From an uncultured Acidimicrobiaceae bacterium (GTDB lineage Bacteria; Actinomycetota; Acidimicrobiia; Acidimicrobiales; Bog-793), in contig CAVXGQ010000004.1 of assembly GCA_963761425.1 (NCBI GenBank), positions 534,134-598,133 on the forward strand: 64,000 bases of DNA, given 5' to 3'. Below the pieces are notes generated by a model, which searched no databases, was not told the origin of the DNA, and worked only from the letters and a program-made list of their open reading frames with translations. Each line of letters opens with the position of its first letter. Within the stretch, counting starts at the first letter, position 1. Positions 30,842-39,008 of this stretch are shown in pieces. The position numbers and the translations under genes are program-made.

Positions 30842-32362
30842 TCAGGCCTGGGTGGCGAGCCCGCCCGGCGAAGCGGTGGAGAGGGGCACCTCCTCGGACC
30901 AGACCCGGGTCGACACCGGGGCGATGGCGGTCTCGTCCTCGCCCGAGACCGCCTCGAGGGTGCGACGCGCCGGCTCGGGCAGGATGAAGGTGAGGAGGAA
31001 GCCGGTTGCCGCGGCGGTTCCCGCCACGACGAGCATTCCCCGCAGTCCGATGTGCAGCTCGAGCTGGGGCACCAGGAACACCCCGACGAAGGCGCCGAGC
31101 TTGCCGATCCCGGCCGCGATCCCGTGCCCGGTGGTGCGCATCGAGACCGGGAAGACCTCGGAGGGGAGCACGAACGTTGTCGTGTTCGGACCGAACTCGA
31201 TGAAGAAGTAGCTGAGCCCGAAGACGGCGAGGAAGGGCCCGATGGCGGCGGTGAGCTCGTGGACCGCGCCGAGAACGAGGAACGCCACCGCGATCACGGC
31301 GAAGCCGAGGTGTTGGAGCCGGCGGTGGCCGATCCGGTCCATGCGGGACACGGCGAGCGCGTAGCCGGGGAGGGCGAAGACGACGAAGATGCCGAGGGTC
31401 CAGACGAGCTTGGAGACGAGGGTCGCGGCGGGGTCGACGTCTTTTAGGATCACCGGCAGGGACAAGGTGTTGCCGTAGTAGGCGTAGTCGAAAAGGAACC
31501 AGGTCCCAGCGGTTCCGACCAAGAGGGCGAGCATCCGGCTTTGGGTGAGGAACTGGCGCAGCGAGATTCGCTGGGTGTCCTCGGGCTTGGTGCCGTCGGC
31601 GGCGACGGTGCCCTCGAAGAAGGAGGCCGCGTCGAGGGCCGCTTCGGCGGCTTCCCCGCGTACCTGGGCCCGGAAACGGGGTGACTCGGGCATCCTCGAC
31701 CGCAGGTAGATGACCGCGGCGGCGGGGAGGGCGCCGAAGGCGAGCAACAGCCGCCAGGTGAGCTCGTGGCCGACCCCCGAGGCGAGGAGCACCAGGGCGA
31801 CGAGGGGGCCGACGATGAGGCCGAGGGCTTGCATGGAAAAGACGAGGCCGACGAACCGTCCCCGGTCGACCCGGTTGGAGTACTCGCTCATGAGGACGGC
31901 CGACACGGGGTAGTCGCCACCGATGCCGAGTCCGAGCACGAATCGGGCGACTACCAGCCAGAAAAAGCTCGGCGCGGCCGCGCTGGCGACGGCCCCGGTG
32001 ATCATGATCAGCGCGACGATCACGTACACCCGTTTGCGCCCGACCAGGTCGGCGAGACGGCCAAAGAGCACCGCCCCGAAGAACGCCGCCAGGATCGCCG
32101 AGCCCGTCACCCAGCTCGTCTGGGTCGTCGACAGGTTCCACTGCTTGGTGACGAGCGCCGCGACGGTGCTGATGACAAACAGGTCGTAGGCATCGGTGAA
32201 GAATCCGGCACCGGAGACGATGACGGCCCGGTGGTGGAACCTGCTGCGGGGTGCCTCGTTGAGCAGATCGCTCACCGTCGGGGAGCCGATGGTCCGCTCG
32301 GCGAGGGTCGGATCGATCATCGGCTGCCGAGCTGGGGCATGGACGACATCGCGGACACACAA
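30842..32362 (-). CDS. MFS transporter, inorganic phosphate/H+ symporter (PHS)-like
   Basis: 12-TM MFS. The N-terminal motif GAGFFTDAYDLFVISTV is typical of Pho84/PHS-type phosphate transporters. It is divergent from phoU. An alternative start is ATG 32320. Confidence 0.8.
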   Translation of the reverse strand: MCVRDVVHAPARQPMIDPTLAERTIGSPTVSDLLNEAPRSRFHHRAVIVSGAGFFTDAYDLFVISTVAALVTKQWNLSTTQTSWVTGSAILAAFFGAVLFGRLADLVGRKRVYVIVALIMITGAVASAAAPSFFWLVVARFVLGLGIGGDYPVSAVLMSEYSNRVDRGRFVGLVFSMQALGLIVGPLVALVLLASGVGHELTWRLLLAFGALPAAAVIYLRSRMPESPRFRAQVRGEAAEAALDAASFFEGTVAADGTKPEDTQRISLRQFLTQSRMLALLVGTAGTWFLFDYAYYGNTLSLPVILKDVDPAATLVSKLVWTLGIFVVFALPGYALAVSRMDRIGHRRLQHLGFAVIAVAFLVLGAVHELTAAIGPFLAVFGLSYFFIEFGPNTTTFVLPSEVFPVSMRTTGHGIAAGIGKLGAFVGVFLVPQLELHIGLRGMLVVAGTAAATGFLLTFILPEPARRTLEAVSGEDETAIAPVSTRVWSEEVPLSTASPGGLATQA

Positions 32363-32380
32363 TGTCGCTGGAAGCTAACT

Positions 32381-32402
32381 GGAGGGTGACATTCAGGTGA
32401 AC
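32381..32402 (-). promoter_or_regulatory. candidate PHO box (two 11-nt direct repeat units)
   Basis: The minus strand reads GTTCACCTGAA TGTCACCCTCC. Each unit matches most positions of the actinobacterial PhoP direct-repeat consensus G(G/T)TCAYYYR(G/C)G. It lies in the divergent transporter/phoU intergenic region. Confidence 0.4.
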
Positions 32403-32445
32403 AAAACGCGAACGAATCGCGAATTCTCCACTACCGGTAGGTAGG

Positions 32446-33150
32446 GTGGCCATCGCCATGAGCGACGACTTCCCGCCCCACTCGCTGGTCGATCAGCGCG
32501 TCGCCCAGCTCTTCGCGCTGGTGCGCGAGGCGCTCGCCGGCGCGACGGCGTCGCTCCTCGACCTGGAACCCGAGACCGGCCAGGCGATCGTCGACGCCGA
32601 CCGGGTGATCGACGAGCTCACGAGCGAGGTCGTCGAGATCATCTGGCGGCAGATCGAGGCAGGAACGGTGTCGACCGACGAGCTCCGCCGTTTCGTCAGC
32701 GTGCTTCTGATCCTGCCCGAGCTCGAGCGAAGTGCCGACCTCGCCGAGCACATCGCCCAGCGGGCGGTCCGCAGTCTCGGGGCGGAGATGACCCCGGTGA
32801 GCCGCGGGTTGGTGCAGCGCATGAGCGAGGTTGCCCTGGAGATGTGGAGTGCCGCGGCCAACTCCTACGCCGACCGAACCGCGCGGGCCATTGCGCTCGA
32901 ACAGGCCGACGTGGAGCTCGACATCCTCCACGAACGGCTCACCCACGAGATCGGGATCTCGGGGATGTCGAATCCGGTCACGACGGAGGTGACCCTGGTG
33001 GCCCGTTTCTACGAGCGTCTCGGCGACCACGCCGTGAACCTGGCGCGTCGCATTGCCACCCTGCCCGAGGTCCAGGCCGGCCGCGAACCGACGGCGGAGG
33101 ACCAGGAGGGCGAGGCGTCGACCGAAGGAGGGGCGCCGCCGACCGGCTAG
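32446..33150 (+). CDS. phoU: PhoU-family phosphate signalling protein
   Basis: Two PhoU repeats ending in ...LERSADLAEHIAQR and ...YERLGDHAVNLARRI. Acidic C-terminal tail. Confidence 0.8.
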   Translation: MAIAMSDDFPPHSLVDQRVAQLFALVREALAGATASLLDLEPETGQAIVDADRVIDELTSEVVEIIWRQIEAGTVSTDELRRFVSVLLILPELERSADLAEHIAQRAVRSLGAEMTPVSRGLVQRMSEVALEMWSAAANSYADRTARAIALEQADVELDILHERLTHEIGISGMSNPVTTEVTLVARFYERLGDHAVNLARRIATLPEVQAGREPTAEDQEGEASTEGGAPPTG

Positions 33151-33163
33151 CCGCCGGGAGAGG

Positions 33164-34169
33164 TCAAATCTTCGTCGTCGTCGCGCCCCGGCGCACCGCC
33201 AGCCCGGCCAGCACCTCGAGAACGACCCGGTGGGCGTTGTTCACCGTCACCTCGGCGGAGTCGTAGGCGGGCGCGACCTCGACGATGTCGGCGGCGACGA
33301 GCGGGGTGTCGATGGCGAGTCGCCGTACCGCCCGCAGCAGGTCGACGGGGGCCATCCCGCCAGGTTCGGGCGTCCCGGTTCCCGGGGCGAACGCCGGGTC
33401 AAGGACGTCAATATCCACCGAGAGATAGAGCGCGTCGCTTGCCTCGAGGGCTTCGGCGATGGCGTCCTCGAGCACCGCCGGCAGACCGCGTTCCCAGATC
33501 TCCTGCATGAAGTGGTAGCGCATTCCCTGGGCGCGCATCCAGGCGAAGGTGGCCGCGTCGGGCCAGTAGCCGCGCAGCCCGATCTGGACGAAGTTTTGAC
33601 CCGGGACGGCGCCCGATTCGATGAGACGACGCATCGGCCTCGCCGTGGCTCGCCAGGTTGCCGTCGATCGAGTAAGCGGTGTCGGCGTGGGCGTCGAAAT
33701 GGACGACGCCGATCGATCCCCAGCCGACGGCCGTCGAAACCGCGGTCGCCGAGGGCCAGGTGATGGAGTGGTCACCACCGAGCACGATCGGGACGATGCC
33801 CCGCTCGGCGACCTGGGCGACCCGTTCGCGGATGGCTGCGTGCGACGCCTCGACGAGCCCGCGCGGACAGATGGCGTCGCCGAAGTCGACCACTTTCAGT
33901 TGGTCGAAAATCTCGATCCCGAGGTCGAGGTGGAAGGTTCCCGGTCCGTAGGCGAGGCCCCGCAGGGCCCGCGGGCCGAAGCGGGCGCCGGGCCGGTTCG
34001 TGGTCGAGCCGTCCCAGGGAGCGCCGACGATCGCGACGTCCGGGCGCCAGGTGTCGAGCTCGCCGGGCTCGGTGAGGAGCGGTCTCTGGGCAAAGGTGCC
34101 GACACCCTGGAACGAAGCCCCCCCTAGCTGGGCGGCGAGTCCGGGTGGGACGCTCCGATCAGGTGCCAT
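33164..34169 (-). pseudogene. agmatinase/ureohydrolase-family gene interrupted by a 1-nt frameshift
   Basis: The N-terminal half is in ORF 33408..34169 (GGDHSITWP, HFDAHADT, ...SHG). The C-terminal half is in ORF 33164..33778 (PMRRLIESG, QIGLRGYW, SVDIDVLDPAFAPGTGTPEPGG). The frames meet between SHG and PMRR, where 4 nt (33638..33641) stand in place of one codon. Confidence 0.7.
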
Positions 34170-35543
34170 CGGGCGACTGGGCCATCGAGTCGAGCACCGT
34201 GTCGATATCGGACTCGTTGGTGCGGGGGTTGACGATCGCCACCCGCGCCATGACCTCGCCGAGATGGGTCGTCGGCGTGACGAACGCCACTCCTTCCTCG
34301 CGCAGCTGGTTCGACCACCGGTTGTAGTGCTCGCGAGACCAGCCGTTCCGCATGAAGCACACCACGGTGAGCTCCGGCTCGCGCACCAGTGTCAGATAGG
34401 GGCGCTGATGAATCGCCTTGGCGGTGTAGCGGGCCACCTCGAGGGTCCGTTCGATGGCTTGCGAATAGGCCTCGGTCCCGTAGGTCGCCAGCGAGAACCA
34501 GAACGGCAGGCCGCGGGCCCGTCTGGTCAGGTGGATGGCGTAATCGGAGGGATTCCACTCGCCGGTCTGCGCCAGCGGCTCCAGGTAGCTGGCGTGCTGG
34601 GCATGGGTGGCGCGGGCGAGTTCCGGCTGGCGGTAGATGAGCGCGGCACAGTCGAACGGTGCGAAGAGCCACTTGTGCGGGTCGACGATGAACGAGTCGG
34701 CGAGTTCGATGCCTGTAAAGCGGGGCGCGCGCTCGGTGCTGCCAAGGCGGCGGCTCCGTAGGCGCCGTCGACGTGGAACCAGATCCCACGCTCGGCGGCG
34801 ACGGCGCCGACAGAACGAAGGTCGTCGATGACGCCGAGGTTCGTCGTTCCGGCCGACGCCACGACGGCGAAGACGTTCTGTGCGCCCTCCCTCTCTACGG
34901 CATCGAGGGCGCGGTCGAGGCTCGCGCCGCCGAGTCGCTGCTCAGCGTCGACCTCCACGACGACGAGGTCGACGTCCATCACGCCTGCCGCTTCTTCCAG
35001 CGACGAATGCACGTCGGGACTCACCGCGATCGCCCAGCGACGTCCCTTGGCGCGCGAGGCCGAAGTCCGGTCGCGCACCGCGTGGCGGGCGGTGACGAGC
35101 GCCGAGAGGTTGGCGATGGTCCCGCCCTGCACGAACGTCCCCCCCGCACCCGGCGGGAAATCCGCGAGGTCCGCGATCCACCGCAGCGCCTGATTCTCGG
35201 CGTAGACGGCACCCGCCGCCTCCAGCCAGTTGCTTCCGCACATCGAGGAGGCCCCGACGACCAGGTCGAACAGCATCGAGGCCTGGGTCGGCGCGCACGG
35301 GATGAAGGCGAGGAAACGAGGGTGGTCGACGGTTATGCAAGCCGGTGCCAACACATCGGCGAAGATTCTCAGCGCTTCTTTGCCGCCGATACCGTCGGCG
35401 GTGATGGTCGAACCGGCCTCGGCGGCCAGTTCGGCGAATGGACGAGTGTTGTCGAGCGGAAGCGGCTCGAGCTGCAGGCGGTTCTTCGCGTAGGCGAGCA
35501 CGTCTTCGGCGAGACGTTCGACGTCGCCGTTCCAACCGTGCAT
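34159..35543 (-). pseudogene. group II PLP-dependent decarboxylase interrupted by a 1-nt frameshift
   Basis: The N-terminal part is in ORF 34527..35543 (FVQGGTIANL..., WFHVDGAYGAAA). After ...APSARP the reading continues in another frame as RFTGIELADSFIVDPHKWLFAPFDCAAL... (PLP-lysine motif DPHKW) down to the stop at 34159. The shift maps to a G4 run at 34722..34725 (C-run on the coding strand). Confidence 0.7.
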
Positions 35544-35812
35544 GAGCGGAATATAGGGCCGATCGCCCAGAGCCGCACCTTCCTAGAGGAGATGCGAAAC
35601 CTTGGTCCGCGTCGTGACCCCGGCGCGCGTAACCTCAGCGGTACATGCCGTCGCGACCATTGCGTGGGAGAACCCGAGGACGAATCGGGGCCGACGAGTC
35701 GATGAGACGAGTTTTCCGGTGCCGACTCTTTTCTGCCGGGCCCCTGGGGGATCCAGTGCAGCTTGTCGCGGGCGAAGAGGCCAGCCTTGTGGGCCTCGGG
35801 GTTTGACGGGCC

Positions 35813-36586
35813 ATGCTTGTCGCTCTCGCCGTGGGCCTGGGCCTATTCGGCCTGATCGTGGGATCTTTCCTCAACGTCGTCATCTACCGAGTGCCCCGTG
35901 ACGAATCGATCGTCGCCCCGCGCTCGCACTGTCCCGCTTGTGGGATGACGATTCGCGCCTTCGACAACATTCCTGTGGTCTCGTACCTGGTGCTCCGGGG
36001 TCGATGCCGCAGCTGCAAAGCATCGATCTCGGTGCGGTACCCCATCGTCGAGCTGTTGACTGCGGGTCTTTTTGCGGGGACTGCGGCCCATTTTGGGTTC
36101 GCCTGGTCGCTGCCGGCCTATGTGGTCTTGGCCGCAGGCCTGCTGACGCTGGCGTCGATCGACCTCGCGGAGAACATTCTGCCGAAAAGGATCGTGTACT
36201 TCGTCACGGTCATCGTCGGCGTGCTCCTCGTTCTCGCCTCGGCAGAGACGGGAGACTGGCACCGACTCGTCATCGGCGTCTGCAGCGCGGCCGCTTGGTT
36301 CGGTTTGTTCTTCGCGATCAATGCTGTAGGTCCGCGATGGCTTGGTTTTGGCGACGTCCGCCTCGTCGGCGTGCTCGGACTCTCGTTGGGCTGGCTCGGT
36401 GTCGGCTATGTCCTTCTGGGTCTTTATTTTGCTGCACTCATCGGTGCGGCGGTTGGCATCGGGTTGATCGTGGCGAAGCGCGGCGGTCTCGCCACGCCGG
36501 TTCCCTTCGGGCCGTTCCTCGCGCTCGGCGCTGAAATTGCCATCTTCGCCGGCTCATCGTTGCTTCGCCCCTTCCACGGCCTTTGA
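35813..36586 (+). CDS. pilD: prepilin peptidase / N-methyltransferase (A24 family)
   Basis: GSFLNVVIYRVP, then the Cys pairs CPACG...CRSC of the N-terminal methyltransferase domain, then A24 peptidase helices with GFGDV and GPFLALGA. Confidence 0.9.
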   Translation: MLVALAVGLGLFGLIVGSFLNVVIYRVPRDESIVAPRSHCPACGMTIRAFDNIPVVSYLVLRGRCRSCKASISVRYPIVELLTAGLFAGTAAHFGFAWSLPAYVVLAAGLLTLASIDLAENILPKRIVYFVTVIVGVLLVLASAETGDWHRLVIGVCSAAAWFGLFFAINAVGPRWLGFGDVRLVGVLGLSLGWLGVGYVLLGLYFAALIGAAVGIGLIVAKRGGLATPVPFGPFLALGAEIAIFAGSSLLRPFHGL

Positions 36587-37398
36587 GGCTGGTCCACGGC
36601 GCGTCGCACGACCCGAGGTCCCAGGAGGGTCGGGGTCGCCGGCGGGATAGTCGGGACCGTGCGGTTCCGAATTGCCGGTTTCTTTCCCATTGGTGGTACC
36701 GGGAGAGATAACCACCGGGCTCGGGTCCAGTCGCAGATCTTCGCTTCACTGGTCCTGACAGCTCCGTCCCGCCGGGAGGGTCGGTTGTGACGATGACTGG
36801 CGCGAGGCGTTGACAATTTGAGTAAAAAGCGAAGGAGCGGGTCGGGCCACCATCGACCGATGATGGCAGTGAGTTCTGCCATCTCACCCAATCCATTCGA
36901 CGAGCCATGCGGAGTACACGCCTGAAACTCTCCCACGCGGAGGGCACAACCGCATTGCAAGCTGGACTGACGAAGCAATTTGAGGCGAGGGACCCTCCAA
37001 CGCAGCAGCCCTGGCCAAGGGCGAACCACCGACCTGGTGAGTTTGGGGACTCACGAGACGTGAGCTGGGCGATCCCGCCGATGCATTCAGACGATGGGGG
37101 GAGCTCGTATTGGCCACGGGTCGATCCCAACTCTTTGCCAGGGGCGTGACACATTCGGGCGTACGGAGAGGCGGGAGGGTGGGGTAGCATTGCGTGGTGT
37201 TTGGGTGGGAACGCTGGACCTGCGAGTCGGAATGACTGCCGCGCTCCACGAAGGCGAGCCCGATGCCGTCATGCGGCAACTCGCGGGCGTCGGTGGATTG
37301 GCGGACGTCAGCTACATATTCAGAGGCTTTAATGGGAGTCTTATCGTGGTGGCTCTCGGGTCGGGCGCTGGTCGTGCTTGCGGACTGGTGAAGTTGCC

Positions 37399-38838
37399 AT
37401 GAGGCGACGAATAATTCGAGCGTTGATCCCGGCCGAATGGCGCTCCCACACGGGCAATGCCCGCTCGAATGACGAGCATGGATTTACTCTGGTCGAACTG
37501 CTCATCGTCTGCGTGGTCACCCCGATCATCATCGGTGGGCTCGCCTATGCGCTCATCGAACTCCTTTCGCTCTCGCAAGGGACTCAAAACAGGATCTCGG
37601 ACGCGGCCGATGCTCAGACCGTTTCGAGCTACTACGAAAAAGACGTTCTGAGCGCTGAACAGCTCACCACGAGTTCCTCACCACTGGTTCCACTGAGTTC
37701 CCCCGGCGCCCAGTGCGGAACCGGGACGCAGTTGCTCGGACTGGAGTGGAACCTCAATCCGCAGACCGGCCAATACCAGACCGTCGTTTCATATGTGTTG
37801 GAAGGCACCACATTGGTGCGCCGGTATTGCACTTCCGGAGACGTGTCAAACCCGACGAGCAGTACCACCGTCTCCACTGATGTCTCCTCCAGCCAGCAGC
37901 CGCCGACAGTCTCTTTCGTGTCCGGTTATGCGGGCAGCCCTTCGACCGTGTGGTCGACGACGGTGGGCGTGACGGACGTCAAGTTCCCTATCACCGAGCC
38001 GGCAAGCCAGTTTTCGTACAGTCTGGACGCTGTCCCATCGGCGGGTTCGTCGTCGGGATCGCTCTCGGGAGTGGGTACCCCCTCGTCGCTGACAGGATGT
38101 GGCTTCGCGACGCCGGATACCGGTACGTACGCCTCGACGCTTTGTTTCGTGGATTTCAGCAACTTCAACTACTCCCTGTACAACCAAAATCCGAATCCGG
38201 CCAATTCTCCGTTGGCGACAGCGCCCACGAACTGCGAGCAGATGTCAGCAGATGTAGCGGACACGCCCTATGTGCTTTCGTTCTGTTTCAGCACGACGTC
38301 ATCTGGCACGGCGACACCAGGAATGCCCGGATACCCCGGCCCCGGTGCAGTCATCCCCTACATGATCCCCACCTATTTCAACCCCGGGGTGAGCGAGTCG
38401 TACATGGGAAATAACGGCGTCTACACGGGCATCCCAGGTGATCCCGCCCTCTACCAGAATTCCGAGGGTGCCACCTCTTACGTCTACTTTTCGAACATCA
38501 AGCTTCTGGACTCGAACGGCAACGCTGCGACGAACTGGGAGCTCGTGACCGGGGACGCGGAGTCCACTGACACCAGTGAGTCGATCACCTGGACATCCAA
38601 CAAACCGCTGTATCTGGTGCCCGACAGTCCGACGTCCCCCTACGGAAACGCCTGTGCTGGATCTTCATCCCCGGCCGGCTTGACGGGTCTCGGCACGGAG
38701 ACCGTCACCTGCGGGGCATCGGTAAGTTCGGACAAGACCGGCACCGTGATTCTCGAGGCCCTGGCTCCGACGACGCTCACCGTCAAGATGGTGGGGGAGG
38801 GTCTCGAGGCGATCTTCGTGGGTGTACTCCTGCCATGA
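37399..38838 (+). CDS. large pilin-like protein (prepilin N-terminus, GspJ/PilW-like core, unknown C-terminal domain)
   Basis: The leader ends ...NDEHG followed by FTLVELLIVCVVTPIIIGGLAYAL (Gly-1, Phe+1, Glu+5). Then QLLGLEWNL...VVSYVLEGTTLVRRYC resembles minor pseudopilins. About 280 further Ser/Thr/Gly/Pro-rich residues are unassigned. Confidence 0.75.
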   Translation: MRRRIIRALIPAEWRSHTGNARSNDEHGFTLVELLIVCVVTPIIIGGLAYALIELLSLSQGTQNRISDAADAQTVSSYYEKDVLSAEQLTTSSSPLVPLSSPGAQCGTGTQLLGLEWNLNPQTGQYQTVVSYVLEGTTLVRRYCTSGDVSNPTSSTTVSTDVSSSQQPPTVSFVSGYAGSPSTVWSTTVGVTDVKFPITEPASQFSYSLDAVPSAGSSSGSLSGVGTPSSLTGCGFATPDTGTYASTLCFVDFSNFNYSLYNQNPNPANSPLATAPTNCEQMSADVADTPYVLSFCFSTTSSGTATPGMPGYPGPGAVIPYMIPTYFNPGVSESYMGNNGVYTGIPGDPALYQNSEGATSYVYFSNIKLLDSNGNAATNWELVTGDAESTDTSESITWTSNKPLYLVPDSPTSPYGNACAGSSSPAGLTGLGTETVTCGASVSSDKTGTVILEALAPTTLTVKMVGEGLEAIFVGVLLP

Positions 38839-39008
38839 GGGCGGAGACGAAGTCCCCGACTGTGTTCGGTGTCCGTGGCTCGGCGGCGCTGGTGACGCGT
38901 GCCGCGAGGCGGCCGCTGGCGGCGCGTCGAACCGCTCCTGCGGGAGTTTTCCAGGCCGATAGTGATGCTCGGTCGGTCATCGAACCGTCGGGGTTCCTGA
39001 GCCGATGA
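38835..39008 (+). CDS. possible 57-aa coupling ORF (weak)
   Basis: Its ATG at 38835 overlaps the upstream stop (ATGA), and its stop at 39006-39008 overlaps the ATG of the giant gene (ATGA). Third-position G+C is moderately high. No motif. It is below the ORF-track size cutoff. Confidence 0.3.
   Translation: MRAETKSPTVFGVRGSAALVTRAARRPLAARRTAPAGVFQADSDARSVIEPSGFLSR

Noticed and set aside
36811-36837. A consensus TTGACA followed by the perfect Shine-Dalgarno GAAGGAG, suggesting a small gene.
   Set aside because: There is no ATG/GTG/TTG within 5-12 nt of the SD. The nearest ATG ATG (36861) opens only a ~21-codon ORF with no features.
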